Assembly (NCBI GenBank): GCA_051294375.1
Contig: CM119269.1
Span: 21,499,665-21,563,664 of the forward strand
Reading direction: 5' to 3'
Source of the DNA: Paraspadella gotoi
Lineage: Eukaryota > Animalia > Chaetognatha
DNA: 64,000 nt
Made by a program: the position numbers and the translations under genes. Positions 1 to 13,807 of this stretch are shown piece after piece. Each line of letters starts with the position of its first letter. Positions within the stretch are counted from its first letter, which is position 1. The notes beneath the pieces were generated by a model. The model ran no database searches. It saw only the letters and a program-made list of their open reading frames with translations, and was not told the origin of the DNA.

Positions 1-688
1 CTACTTCTCGGAAAAGAAACCAATCCATTCCACTCGTGACATTCGAATATTTATATCAAAATTAATGATACTGCGGTTCAAACTCAACTAGTAATATAAT
101 ATATATATAATATAATATATATAATAATAGTAGTATAATTTCGCGACTAACAAAATATTCGTATTCTTTTGTCTAACTTAAATTTATGGAGTCCTCTTTG
201 TAGTGACATCTGGCGGAGTTTTGTAAAATATACCAACAAAAGAACGCTTACTTTTTTTACCGCGAAGTCCCAGGATATACAAAATATATACTTAAAAATA
301 GTTTAGAAATAGTAACTAAAAGAAGTAACTTGTTAAGATCAATGTTTTAAATAGCTAAAAACTGAGGTATTATAATAAACAAGGCAATGCAGTTGAACAG
401 CTGCGTGCTCCGAGCTTTGAACAGTCATGACAGGTTTTTTTACGATTCAATTAAATCGATTTCCGCGGTTTTTGTTTTTTTTTGTTTTTTTTACGGTCAA
501 CCGACGCACGATTTTATTTAAATCCTTTAACTATAAGTAATAAAAAAGAAAGACTACGATGTGTCGCATGCACCGAAACTTTTAAGCTATAAATAAATAA
601 TATTATAATTAATAATATTTCTACTTTATCACAACGATGTGGGAGGACTTAACGAGAAAAGTCCCCAAGTATTATCAATCTTTTTTAT

Positions 689-877
689 TCATTTCCCGGT
701 TCGCAAAAGAGAATCAAAGAGAAAGCGAGTACGCTTTTTTTCCCTGATCGAATTTGACGTTTCAAAGGAGACAACGGGGGCCGCATCGAGCATATTCACA
801 GGTCCTCCTCCGGGCCCGGCTCGATCCCGGTGGATCATCGACCCGGAGTAGAATTTCAACTCTGCCCGAGTGTCTTC
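689..877 (-). CDS. possible terminal coding exon of an unidentified minus-strand gene (EDTRAELKFYSGSMIHRDRAGPGGGPVNMLDAAPVVSFETSNSIREKKRTRFLFDSLLRTGK*)
   Basis: GC-richer island with an open frame, preceded by a pyrimidine tract ending in an atypical GAG. An AATAAA overlaps the end of the TGA stop. No recognisable homology. Confidence 0.2.
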   Translation of the reverse strand, partial: EDTRAELKFYSGSMIHRDRAGPGGGPVNMLDAAPVVSFETSNSIREKKRTRFLFDSLLRTGK

Positions 878-1321
878 CTCAAGATAAAAAAAAGTAAAAG
901 TAAATGTTGTAAGCGAACGAAAACCAAAATAATCTCTTCAATTTTACTCTAATTGACTCTTTTTTAAAAATTTTTTCAATAAATCTTCAAATCTCTCTCT
1001 CTCTATCGCGCGCGAGAGATCTGGGTCCNNNNNNNNNNTTTTAAATTTTTTTTCAATAAATCTTCAAATCTCTCTCTCTCTATCGAGAGATCTGGGTCCG
1101 TAGCATTGGCTCACGACCTCCCATGTCAAATATTTTCAGAAGCTTCTCTTTTTTTTTAATAGGTCTCTTCTCCTTTTAATAATTAAAGTTTTTAATTATC
1201 GATCCTCGATTTAAGATAACTCGTTTCTTTTTGTCTGAAAAGAAAATATTTCGCCCAAGTTTCGTACCGAGAGCAGGTTTTTAAGTAAAGAGAAATATTC
1301 TTCTCTCTCTCTCTCTCTCTG

Positions 1322-1400
<79 letters not shown>

Positions 1401-2229
1401 AAAGGATTGATACTGCACTAGTTTTAATTTCGCGTTTCAACTTTGACACACTTTTACTAATTTAGACCTCAGAAAATCTCAAATCTTACGTTTATTTTAC
1501 TGTTTTATGGACTAATTTGCGTGGTTTTTTTGGGGGGTCAGTTATTGGATTAAAATTTATTTTGTTACACGCCAAACGAATTAAAATCATTGACTAATTT
1601 AATGTCAAAATTAGGAATTTTCATTCTGTCGTCAGATAAAGCAACTTTTTTTCTACAGGGTCTATCATCTAAAACGAAGATCGATAGAAAAATCTTCCGA
1701 AATTTTTCAAAGTTTTGTTATCATTTTTTTCCTTCAAACTTTAAAGTTCTTCTCGAGTTTCCTTCACAGCCAGGCGCCTGGCGCCCTCTTTGGGAACGAT
1801 TTTGTAACGGAAAATCCTCTTATAATATTTTTTAATATTTTATAATATTTTTGTCTGAATAATTTCATTATAAAACTTTGAATGCTTTAAAAAGTTTTAA
1901 ACGTTGGAAGGATGTGGCTCTAAAATATTTACTATGAACTCCAATTAAGTTAAAAATTAAAACTGACAAAGAATGACAATCGCTAATTATACTTATGTTT
2001 ATCTGAGAACCTTGTCTGCTAACTGATATGTAGCCTTGTCATATCCACGCTTGTTCTTTTATTTTTCATAGAGGGCATTTGTCTCGCCAAAAAAAAAAAG
2101 AATAAACAAATAAATAAATAACCTAAAAAACAAAAAAACTAAAAAAAAAACTTTTTTTCGTTCGGCCGTTTGTCTTTCTGTCGGTCTTACTGTGAAGCCC
2201 CCATTTACTTACGACCATCCGTCATTACT

Positions 2230-2300
2230 GGTTTTGACTTGCGCCACGAGCACTCGCGGTGCAACTTAATAGGTCACTTTTCGGTCTGTCGGTCTGTCTC
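2230..2300 (-). mobile_element. Helentron/DINE-like (HINE) 3' end fragment
   Basis: The minus strand reads GACAGACCGACAGACCGAAAAAGTGACCTATTAAGTTGCACC...GCAAGTCAAAA. The same motif is on + at 16826-16898 and a related one is at 40450-40500. Confidence 0.5.
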
Positions 2301-2774
2301 ACTTATATTTTAAATGCTCATAACTTAGTTAATACTATATATTTTTTTTTTAGTTTTGCTGAAATGAACTATGAGAAGTTCGATGCGCATTTTTTCGCAT
2401 TCATCTGATTATTAACACTCAGTGTTTTTCGTAGTTAATACTTAAAAATAATTTATAAACCATAATATATTTATGGTTGTTCGAATATCATAGGAACGTT
2501 TCTGCGGCGAAACATCTTGAAATTGTCGGTTGTTGTTGTTGTTTTACTTTTAAATCTCGTGAGCTTCACCGTTTGGCTTTGTGATTTTGTCGTGAACATC
2601 GTCGTCGTCGTCGTCGTCGTCATTTGGAAAACAAAACGCGGATTTAAAATTTTTACCGAAGATAATTATTTTTTTAAAAATCATTTTCGGGCGACTATTT
2701 TCAATAGATTTACGGACAGAAAGCATTTTATCTTATTTTTATTACACGATATAACTAATTTCTGACTCAGATAC

Positions 2775-2992
2775 GTATGTATAAGTTTCTAAATGGGCTT
2801 AAGAATACTATCCGTAACTTTTATGACCCTTCAGCAGCAATGTAACGGTGCCTAGGCTTGGAACCATGCTTGAGGGTTTTCCACAGCTGGCGGATTTCTT
2901 AACGCTTCCCGCAGGGTAGATACCGAGTTGGGTTTGAACCAGCTACCATAGTGGTCACGACCTTATGGCTTTACTGGATGAGCCACCGGGAC
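2775..2992 (-). mobile_element. tRNA-derived SINE, family A (full-length-like copy)
   Basis: The minus strand has an A-box-like GGTGGCTCATCCAG and a B-box GGTTCAAACCC. The body shares CTACC(A)CTGCGGG and AAAACCCTCAAGC with 26564-26795, and CCTCAAGC...AAGTT(A/G)CGGATAG with 13510-13580. Confidence 0.7.
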
Positions 2993-4625
2993 ACAACTGA
3001 AAGTATTATACTTATAGGCGGGGTGAATACATACCATTTGGTATGTCGGTCTGTACATTACACTATATTACATCTTATCTTATTCTCCATTATGATTGAT
3101 ATTCTTGTCTTAATTTTTTTGTTATAAATATTGTTGTCCCAGTAGTTGATCTTTTTTTGGTCCAAGTTAAGGTATAGGATCAGATTAGTTTAGCGGTAAA
3201 GCCTGAAAAATAATACGTATTAATGTATTAGAGAAACACTATATATCTAAAAAAATATTTTTTGATTTTTTTATCTTGTAGGATTTTAAACGTTAAAATT
3301 TTAAACTTATAAATTTAAAAAAAAAAAGTTCACTAATATTTTATGCATAAACTGTAATACTGTCTTAAACTGATTCACTGTTTTTTTTCACAGAGATGGA
3401 ACCCTGACCTCTTCAGTGACTCCGTTCAGAAAAGGAAACCGTGCCGTTCACTCGAGAAAGAAACTTTCACTCTTTCCTAATTCGATAAATTCGATAAAAG
3501 GTCGGATTCACTTTTTTGGGTAGAAAATCGTCGGTTGTGAAAAAGGAACTCGCGTTGAGATCGTGAGTGACTGTGTCACTGTGAAACTGTGAAACTGTGA
3601 AACTGAAAAAGAAAACCGTGAGAAAGTAATAAATTGTGGAGAAAAAAAGAAACGAAAAAATATCGGATCCACGCAAAAAGATTTAAAAAAAAAAATATTC
3701 ATCAATCGTTAAAAAAAAAACTTACTTCGCCTTAAATCCTCGTGGTAAGTTTATTTTAAAAGTTAGCTCGACCTCTGGGATGCCAGACATACTTTTTAAT
3801 TAAGTTTAAAACCTTTTTATTTAACATCGGGGGCGTTAGACCTGTTAAGCGTTTGTGGGCGTTTGTTTGTGATTCATTTCATTAGGTTTGAAATGGATTA
3901 CAGACGAAAGAGGAATTTCCCTTTGGAAAAGAATTCAAAGCATTAGTATTTGGTTGGATTGACACGAGTTAAAAAAGAAAAGAATTAGGGATTATTTCAA
4001 TTAATATTCCTAATAATTTTTTTTGTTTTTTGTAAATTTATCCATTGTATTATTCCTTTCTTTTCGTTGAGTTCAGAAATTTAGAAAAAGTTTGAAAAAA
4101 AAATTTAAAACTTTTTCTAAATGTAAATTTATCAAATTTTAATATTGATTTAATAATTAATTATATATTAATTATATAATATATATATAATTAAATAAAA
4201 ATTGTCGTCGATAGGGAATTTTCTTTCTTAATTTGTCCGAGTATGCGCTTTTGAAAATAAAATTACAAAATAAATGTATAAATTTTCAGGGATAACTAAA
4301 TACTGTGGGACTTCATGAACTTTACTGTGAGAGCGTCTTGATTAAAAGTTTGCAAGGTTTGACTAGCTTTTCCAAAATCAGAAGGTATGATGGCTTATTT
4401 AATGAATTGTACCAATTGTAACAATTGTACCAATTTTATGAAATTAATCAATTAAAAATATTTAACAAAAAACACCAAAACGAAAAAAAAAGTAAACGAC
4501 GAAGCCAAAAACCAAAGGTTTTCTTTTCCATCAAAGAAATTAATCGGGAGCGTCTCTCTCTCTCTCTCTCGTCTCTCTTTCTCCCGTCTCTCTCTCTCTC
4601 TCTCTCTCTCGCTCTCTCTCTCTCG

Positions 4626-4659
<34 letters not shown>

Positions 4660-5842
4660 CTCGGATTTGAGGGAGGCGTTGTATAAGTGGGCGTTTCCGT
4701 CCGCCCGAAAAGGGTCGGACTTTTTTTGAGGTCGTGATCTTTTCAGCGGTCATGTTTGTTTTTCTCCAAATGACAACCAAGCTGCGGGATTAAATTCGCG
4801 GGAGGAGATGGAGGCTGAGGGGGGCGGGGGGGGGAGAGACTTCTTTTTCTTTGGCTGTGAAAAACCAAGATGCGAAAGGGGCGGTGATGGTGGTGACGGA
4901 AATGGGGGGGCGTGAAGCGTGATCGGAAATGGGGCGGTGAAGTGGCGCGGATTAGTTTTGTTGTTTTTGTTTGTCGCATGAAATTCGGTTTTCGCAGATC
5001 ATTTTGCCGTTGCAATTAGTTGACGTGTAAGTCTTTACTGACTATTTAAAGGCACTAATTTTAATTTAAAACAGAATTTAACCCGTGTATAATTAGTAAA
5101 ATAAGTGTATTATATCTCTGGGTCATTTCAACCCATGTTCGTCCTGGTCAAGGCGGGCTAATAGAAAGGGTTAGGAAAGGTAAGGCATTTGGTATGTCGA
5201 CTCTGGAATTCCATTTGACCAAAATAATTTATGTAATACTCACTGATTTTTTAACAAAAACTATTTTTAAATATCTCCATGCATTCCTAGTAAATATAAT
5301 AAATTTACTGTTATAAAAAAANNNNNNNNNNNNNNNNNNNNNNNNNNNNNNNNNNNNNNNNNNNNNNNNNNNNNNNNNNNNNNNNNNNNNNNNNNNNNNN
5401 NNNNNNNNNNNNNNNNNNNNNNNNNNNNNNNNNNNNNNNNNNNNNNNNNNNNNNNNNNNNNNNNNNNNNNNNNNNNNNNNNNNNNNNNNNNNNNNNNNNN
5501 NNNNNNNNNNNNNNNNNNNNNNNNNNNNNNNNNNNNNNNNNNNNNNNNNNNNNNNNNNNNNNNNNNNNNNNNNNNNNNNNNNNNNNNNNNNNNNNNNNNN
5601 NNNNNNNNNNNNNNNNNNNNNNNNNNNNNNNNNNNNNNNNNNNNNNNNNNNNNNNNNNNNNNNNNNNNNNNNNNNNNNNGTAAAGGGGAAGGGGTAAGTC
5701 AGCGAAAAAGAGAGTTTGACTCTATGCAGGGTAAGTTAGAAAGTGGGTGAGTTGGGTCCAGAGGTCAGGATGGAACGTCCCTCCCAAAATCCGGCTCGAA
5801 AAGGCGACGTTTTATCGACCATTTGGCACCAGATTCGCCTTG

Positions 5843-6560
5843 AGAGGAGGAGGAGGAGGAGGAGGAGGAAGAGGAGGACCACGACGATGATGACCACGAC
5901 AAAGACAAAGACGATGAAGAGGACAACAAGGAAGTGGATGTTGAAAAAGCCTAAGAAGACGACAACGACGATGATAATGAAAAGGGTGAAGAGGACAAGT
6001 AGAAAGAGGACGATGACAAAGACAAAGAGGGCGAGAAAAATGACAATGGAAAGGATAATGACAACAACAAGGAGGATAAAGACAAAAAGGATGACTACAA
6101 TGTCGACGATTAAGATGACGAAATCCAAGAGGATGACAACAACAATGACAATGAAAAAGATAAAGAGGACAAGAAGAAAAANNNNNNNNNNNNNNNNNNN
6201 NNNNNNNNNNNNNNNNNNNNNNNNNNNNNNNNNNNNNNNNNNNNNNNNNNNNNNNNNNNNNNNNNNNNNNNNNNNNNNNNNNNNNNNNNNNNNNNNNNNN
6301 NNNNNNNNNNNNNNNNNNNNNNNNNNNNNNNNNNNNNNNNNNNNNNNNNNNNNNNNNNNNNNNNNNNNNNNNNNNNNNNNNNNNNNNNNNNAGACGATGA
6401 AGACAAAGAGGACGAAGAGGACGTCAATGACAAAGATGATGAAGACAAAGAGGATGTAGAGGATGTCAATGACNNNNNNNNNNGATGAAGAGGACGTCAG
6501 TGACAAAGATGATGAAGACAAAGAGGATGAAGAGGACGACGACGACCGATGTCCAAGGAC
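5843..6560. repeat. GAC/GAT/GAG trinucleotide-derived low-complexity tract interrupted by N gaps
   Basis: (GAG)n followed by GACAAAGAGGATGA-like units. The acidic reading frame contains stops. Confidence 0.7.
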
Positions 6561-7134
6561 GTTGAGATAAAATCAAAGAAATCGGGAATCGTTGAAGATG
6601 CGACATTGACATTTATCCCTGATCTAAACCCTGACGACTGTTCTGCATATCATCATTTTAAAACTACATTTTAATGACTAATCAAGAAACAGCTTGTAAA
6701 TTATTTTTAACTTTTAAGACATCATCAAAACATCAAGACATATTTATCACAGAGGAATCTTTTTCTTCTCTGTTTCCGGATCTAATTTCTCTGTGATGAT
6801 ATTAAACTAAAGAAACTCGGGATTTGCCGATGATATCCGGGGTGGTCACCAACTTCCAACTATTTTGATTTTTTTTCTTTCTTTTTTTTCTGTTTGTAGC
6901 AAATTTCTTTTCTCTTTTCATTTCGCATTTCTTCTAATTCTCTCTTTTCTTTTCCTCAAATTCTTTTCTTCTATTTCCTTTTCGCCATTTACTTTCCTCC
7001 ATTCTCTCTCTCTCCATTTCCTTTCCTCCATTCTTTCTCTCCATTTCCTTTCCTCCATTTTCTTTCCTGCATTTCCTTTCCTCCATTCTCTCTCTCCATT
7101 TCCTTTCCTNNNNNNNNNNNNNNNNNNNNNNNNN

Positions 7135-8350
7135 TAGAGGAGGAGGAGAGGAGGAAAGAGGAGGACCACTGACGTTGAGTGACCACGACAAATAGAAGGA
7201 CAAAAGACCAAGATGAAATTGAAGAGACAACAAGAAGTGCGATTTTGAGTTGGGGTTCTGAAAAAAGCCTAAGAAGAGACAACGACGATGAAATGAAAAG
7301 GGTTTTGAACGGAGGACAAGTAGAAAGGAGGACGTGACTAGAAGACAAAGAGGGCCAGAGAAAAAAAGAGAAAAAATACAAGATGTATAGGATTAATGAC
7401 ACCAACAAGGAGGATAAATAAAAGACAAAAAGGATGACTTACAAATGTTCGACTGATTAAAAAGGACAACGACAATGACAATGAAAAAGGATAAAGAGGA
7501 CAAATGAAGGAAAAGGACGATGATGAAGAGGACAACAATGACCGATTGACAATAACCCAGTGAGGCATCATGAAGAGGACCGTCAGTGACAAGTGAGATG
7601 AAACAAAGAGTAGGATATTGAAGGCGACGACGCACGCCGATGGGTCCGAAGGGACCGTTTGAGATATAAATCAAAGAAGAAGAAATCGGAAATGTTGAAA
7701 GAGTCGACATTGACATTTATCCCTGATCTAAACCCTTGAGACTGTTCTGCATATCATTTTTTTCTCATCTTCCGCATTTTTTTTTTTTTTTGTATAAAAC
7801 TCACATTTATATGACTTAATCCAAAGAGAAGAGCAGAACAGCATTCGGTGTAATCTATTTTTAACTTTCAAGAGACATCATAAAACAATCCAAGACATTT
7901 TATCACAGAGGAATCTTTCTTCTTCTCTTTCCGGAAATCTAATTTCCTCTGTTGCATGATATTAAACTAGAAGAAAGCTCGCGACAGAGTTATACCAGAT
8001 ATAATCCGGCTGGTGCGGCGGTGCGCTTCACCACTTCCAACTATTTTGATTTTTTTCTTTCTTTTTTTCCTGTTTTGTTAGCAAAAATTCTTTCTCTTTT
8101 CATTTCGCATTCATTTTCTTCTAATTCTCTCTTTCTTTTCTCAAATTCTTTTCTTTCTATTTTCCTTTTCCCATTTACTTCTCACCCAATTCTCATATCT
8201 CTCTCCAATTTCCTTTCCTTCCATCTTCTCTCCATTTCCTTTCCTCCCATTTTTTCTTTCCTGGCATTCCCCTTTTCCTCCATTTTCTCCTCCTCCATTT
8301 CCTTTCCTCCATTTCTTCTCTTCCTCCATTATTTCCCTTTCCTCCAATTC
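7135..8350 (+). repeat. noisy direct duplicate of ~5850-7109 following a 25-N gap
   Basis: Colinear matches (e.g. GACATTGACATTTATCCCTGATCTAAACCC, TTTATCACAGAGGAATCTTT, CTTCCAACTATTTTGATTTTTTT) with many single-base insertions. Confidence 0.85.
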
Positions 8351-8740
8351 TCTCTCATCCATTTCTCTTTCCTTCCCATTTCCTTTCCTCCATTCTCTCT
8401 CTCCATTTCCTTTCCTCCATTTCTTTCTCATTTCCTCCCATTCTCTCTCTCTCCTTCCTCCTTTCCTCCATTTCCTTTCCTCCATTTCTTTCCCATCCAT
8501 TCTCTCTTCTCCATTTCCTCCTCCATTCCCCTTTCCTCCATTTCCTTTCCTTCATTCTCTCTCTCCATTTCCTTTCCTCCTTTTTCTTTCCTCCATTCTC
8601 TCTCTCCATTTCCTTTCCTCCATTTCCTTTCCTCCATTCTCTCTCTCCATTTCCTTTCCTCCATTTCCTTTCCTCCATTCTCTCTCTCCATTTCCTTTCC
8701 TCCATTTCCTTTCCTCCATTTCCTTTCCTCCATTTTCTCC
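8200..8740. repeat. polypyrimidine minisatellite (CCATTTCCTTTCCT / CCATTCTCTCTCT units)
   Basis: Directly visible 13-14 bp tandem units. The same array is at 6985-7109. Confidence 0.9.
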
Positions 8741-8882
8741 GCCGCTCGAAAACGCGCCGTCCAATTTCTCTTGATTTCCAGCTGCGGGCAAAACATCAAA
8801 GGGTCTTGACCTCCACGCCCGCAGGTTTTCTCAATTCCGCTGCCAAAAAAACTTTTTTTTGTTGTCCGTTTGCGTCGTCGCC

Positions 8883-9085
8883 GTCAATCGACTCGTTGCG
8901 TCGTTGCGTCATTGCTGTTGCTCTACTCAATGCGTCTTGGCTGTCAATTGTCTTGTTGCGTCATTGCGTCATTGCTGTTGATCTAGTCAATGCGTCTTGG
9001 CTGTCAATTGTCTCGTTGCGTCATTGCGTCATTGCTGTTGTTTTACTCAATGCGTCTTGGTCATCAATCGACTCATTGCGTCGTC
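8883..9085. repeat. 60-bp tandem minisatellite (about 3.3 copies) with a degenerate tail to ~9470
   Basis: GTCAATTGTC..GTTGCGTCATTGCGTCATTGCTGTTG...TCAATGCGTCTTGG recurs at exactly 60-bp spacing. Confidence 0.85.
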
Positions 9086-11235
9086 ACCATACATTGACTC
9101 ACTGTTGAAGTTAATCAACTTGTTGCATCATTACCGTAAACTGACTTGATGCATCGGGGCCAATAATGTTGATTGACTCATTGCCTCAAGGTAATTGATT
9201 GTATCTTCATTGTCGATTGACTCGTCATTCCTGTTGATTGATTCAATTACTATGATCAATTCCTTGTGTCATTGCCGTTGACTGTCTTGTGTCTGGTCTT
9301 TGACACATTATTGCAGTCGATGAACTCAACACCTCATTGCTTTGAAATGACTTATTGCGTCATCAATGTCAATCAACTCATTATTTTGTCATTCCGTCAA
9401 TGCGTTGTTGCTATCAATTGAGTCATTTAACGGTGGTCATCGATATACTCATTGTGTCGTTGCCGTCGAGTTCGGAACTGAAACAAATTCGGAGAGGGGG
9501 GGAAATGAGAAATGGTATACGTTTGTCTCGATGGTCATTTGTTCGAAACACAACTGCCAGTCATTCTCTTTATCGCCGCCTCTCAACTGTCCTCCAGGGA
9601 TGCTGCTTTAAAGAGTGATTGACATTTTGTCGGGGGGTAGTGTTTTTAGATACAGCACAACTGCCAGTCATTCTCTTTATTGCTGCTTCTTTAACTCTAA
9701 TCAATGAAAGCATGATTAGTAAGGCGGGCCAAAATTGATCACTTTTTATCATTAAGTTCTGTAATATAAAATTCATTTGTCCATCATATACCTAATCCAT
9801 ATATACTATCACTTTTTTAACTAGTGAAGCACAGTATAACATTGAAGCAATTAAATATTTATCAATGCATAGGCAATGAAAAAAAAAGAAGAAGAACGGA
9901 TTCAGATAGCCCATAAAAAGTTGTCTACACAAAATATAATGCGTTTTTTAATATTTCGATGATAAGTGGGTCGAATAATGAAAAAACTCTTTAAAATCAT
10001 CATCAGCATCATCGTATCATAATTTTTATATTTTTTGCTAATTTTAAACAATAAAACATAAAAATTTTTAAATCTTGTAATAATATTTTTTTTAAGCTCT
10101 ATCCGAATCCGTTTTTAAAATTCATGATTTTTAAAAAAAATTTTTCATACATAAAATCTTAAATTTTTTTTAAATTTCGTTATCCCAGAAGGATGCTCTG
10201 ACGTTATTTATATTACAGAACTCTTTGTTTTTACTTGGTTCCGCCTTAATGATTAGTAATCATGCTTTCATTATGTCCGTGACAATGTTACCTTTTTCTA
10301 TAGATTACTATAGTTTTTTTTTTCTTTTTAGATTTCCACTTGTTCCTAACATGACTTCCACCCATTTTCTTGATCGTCATCCCTCGACCGTCACGGCGTG
10401 TCGCGCCCCCGTGCTCGTTGCCCATATGGACGCCATCAACGATGTCCCACGCAATAAACTCATCTTTGTCTATGATGCTATCAACAATAGTGATAGAGAT
10501 GTCGCTGGGGTCTGATGACGTAACATTCCATCATCTCAAGGTTTACTCTTTCCTTTCCTCAACATTTGTGGTGATTCTTAAGTGAAAATGTGGCCCACTT
10601 TTCAATACAAAATAGTGTCATTACGACATTATGAACGAGGTCCCAAAAGGGCAAAGTCCCCATTCTCTAACGAGGATAGCACTTTGCAGCAATCTTAACG
10701 CAGGGTCTCACTATTTACTATTTGCTGTAATACGATAAATTTAAGATTCAAAATCCTCAAACGTGGCCCAACGTGGCCCAACGTGGCCCAACATGACCCA
10801 GCCCGAAAAATGGGTGACAGATGCCAGATTTGCACGAGCCCCTTACGTCTACTTGAAATGAGAGACAAAGGAAAAAATGAGAGACAGGGCCCCTTGTTTC
10901 GTTTATTAGTCATTGTATTAGCTTTGTAGAATTTGTATGTATGTATGTATGCAAGTAAATAAAATCTTCCTCTTTTTGGAATGTATTTTTACCCAGACAG
11001 AGTCAGTCGGTCCGCTGTTCTTAGTATTCTTGGGTTGACTCACTTACCAAGCTGGGCTTTTTGAACCCACAACACGAAAGGACGCTGAGATATATCAAAA
11101 ACCCAGTGTATTTTTTTTAATTGCTATGCTGACTTGAAACTGAATGCATTGTTGGACACTGTTACTTGAAAAATTAAAGTCTATTTGTGGGCGAAAATAG
11201 TCCAATTCTTTTGCCTCTCAAACCCGTAATTCGTA

Positions 11236-11298
<63 letters not shown>

Positions 11299-12234
11299 GT
11301 TGTTGCTCCACACACAAAAACGCAGAGATGACCCCCGATCAGTCGCTGCCCTTCGTAATGGTTCCCCGTATTTTTTCCCGTCCGCTTTTTTACGTCGGCG
11401 TGATGGAGGTCGTGAAGGAGGGACTGGTTTGGTGATTGAGGAGGGGGCGGTGAATAGAGTGGTGTGAAAATAATTAAATTTTATAAAAATTTAATAAACT
11501 CTATAAAAATACTTTGACAAATTTATCTTATTTATATTATTACTGGGCATCAGCGAGCTGTATTTATAAGAAAGTAAAATTCTTTTTCAAAAAGTTTTTT
11601 ATTAAGTTATTTTTTTACAATTTTAACCTACTTAATGACAAATTAAAAAAAAAGATTTACATTTTCTTTTATCAACTTTTTATGAAGAATCTGAATTTGT
11701 TCTCAGAATTTAATAAAAAAACGATTTTGAAATTTTGATACTATATAGGGTAGTACTATATACAAAATAATCTGCATGGGCTATTAATGAAATGATTTTC
11801 TAAAAAGAGTTATATTTCTTTTTATCAACTTTGCGTGAGGAATTCGAATCTGCTCTCAAAATTAAGAAAAATCTATTTTAAATTTAAAAAAAAAATACAT
11901 ATAGATTACTTATTATATTTCACTAATAAGATAGTTTTTGAGATAATTGCTAAACTTTGCTTCCAAACTTTTACTTGATCCTACGGCCAGGGTTTTTGGG
12001 TAGAAGGGGCGCCTGGGGTGGCAGGGGTGGCCCGTTGTAAAGTATTGCTGGGGTGGCTGGGTTAATTGATCCCCATCGTAAGGTACTGCTGGGGTGGCTT
12101 GGGATATTGGACGAGAAGGGGTCTTGCTGAGTGACTGACTGAAAAGGCTGCGGAGGTCAATAGGGGTGAAATGAGGCAGTGGTGGTTTTAGGTGAAAAGG
12201 CTATGGACTCCAAAAAAATTTTACAGTGTGGAGT

Positions 12235-12842
12235 AAGGTGTAGTAAAATTTCTAAATTTAACTTGAAACAAAATTCTAAAAGTAAGGAACGAACAACATT
12301 ATACTAATGAACATTTATGTAATAAAAACATTTATAATAAATTTTACAATTTACGCAGTAGGCCATATTTATACTAGACTACTAGTACTAATCCAATAAA
12401 TGTTAAAATTTTAAAAGAGTTTTTTCTAAGATTTTTTGCAGATTTGGATTTGTCATAAAAAGTTGATAAAAAGAAATATAACTCTTTTTGAAAAATTCCT
12501 TCATTAAGTGGGTAAAAAATTAGAAAAAGCAAAAAATTAACTTTTTATTTATTAAATATAGTTTTTTTAATTTTTAACCCACTTAATGAAAGAATTTTTA
12601 AAAATGATTTATATTTTCTCTCATTAACTTTTGACGAGGAATTCAAATCTGCAATCAAAATTAAGAAAAGCCTATTTTAAATTTTTTCAATTTTATAAGG
12701 ATAGTACTATATATAAATATAGCCTACTGCGAAAATTAAAAAACATAAAATAATTTTTTTTTTTACAAAATAATGTTCACTGATGGTATGTTGTTCATAA
12801 TTAACTTTTAGAATTTCCGTACGTAACTTTCACTACGCTCTA
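12235..12842. mobile_element. long-TIR palindromic MITE, Kolobok-like
   Basis: The two halves are inverse-complementary (GCAGTAGGCCATATTTATA / TATAAATATAGCCTACTGC; TTCATTAAGTGGGT / ACCCACTTAATGAA). Termini are TAAGGTGTAGTAAAA and CTTTCACTACGCTCTA. Relatives end in CCGCCTTAA or ACGCTTTAA. Confidence 0.7.
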
Positions 12843-13385
12843 CTGTGGAGTGGCTGTGGTGGAGCAGTAGTTAGTGTGGATTGTGTGTTTGAGTCGGATG
12901 GGTTGCTGATTCGCTGGTGTAGTTGGATGAGAAGGGTTCTGGAGGTGGCAGGAGTGACTGGAGTTAACATTGACCGTCGAGGAAAAAAAAGCGATGGCGT
13001 GGTTTTAGGGAGAGATTAATTATTGCGTGTGGGGTGAAAAATCTGTGTGTGGTGAAATGGGAGATCGAGATTTATAAAAAGGGGAGAGATTAAGAGGAGA
13101 GATTAAGTGCGATTGTGGGAGTCAGAGTTCGTTTCCGAAATTGTGAAAAAAAAAGAACAAAAAAGAACAAAAAAAGTGGGAGCGGTGAATGTTGTCGCAT
13201 TTGAACTGACCCTCTCCGAATGAAAACAACAAGCGTTGCGAAGGAGAACTGTTGAGCGTTGCTAGGGTGATGGTTTGAGTTGAATTTGTGTTTATTTAAA
13301 TTTAGTAATTATGATGATTTAATAATACACCCTTAAAGACAACGTCTATTATATGTTGGTGAAGTTAAATAATAAAAATTTTAAA

Positions 13386-13509
<124 letters not shown>

Positions 13510-13580
13510 CCTCAAGCTTGGTTCCAATCCAAGGACCCGTTCCATGGCTGCTAGACGGGGTTAAAGAAGTTGCGGATAGC
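13510..13580 (+). mobile_element. 5'-truncated SINE family A fragment
   Basis: CCTCAAGCTTGGTTCCAATCCAAGGACCCGTTCCATGGCTGCT...AAGTTGCGGATAG matches the 3' half of the 2775-2992 element. Confidence 0.65.
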
Positions 13581-13623
13581 CCTCTTAGCGCCTTAAACGA
13601 TAGTGAAGAGGAGAAGCAAGACA

Positions 13624-13700
<77 letters not shown>

Positions 13701-13751
13701 GCATTAAGAGAAAAATTCAGAAATGTCAGCCCATCACCACGCTTCTCTCTC

Positions 13752-13807
<56 letters not shown>

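Noticed and set aside
961-1099. ~60-bp direct duplication with a short hairpin
   Set aside because: The copies flank a 10-N gap, so this is a typical unmerged contig overlap.
5736-6521. 238-261 aa ORFs
   Set aside because: They are trinucleotide low-complexity sequence read through N gaps, and the acidic frame has stops.
7135-8350. Tandem segmental duplication
   Set aside because: It is an insertion-rich copy adjacent to a 25-N gap, best explained by long-read gap overfilling.
7952-8809. 285-aa hydrophobic ORF
   Set aside because: It is a translation of a polypyrimidine minisatellite.
8883-9085. CRISPR-like periodicity
   Set aside because: Whole 60-bp units repeat with no unique spacers, the context is eukaryotic, and there are no cas genes.
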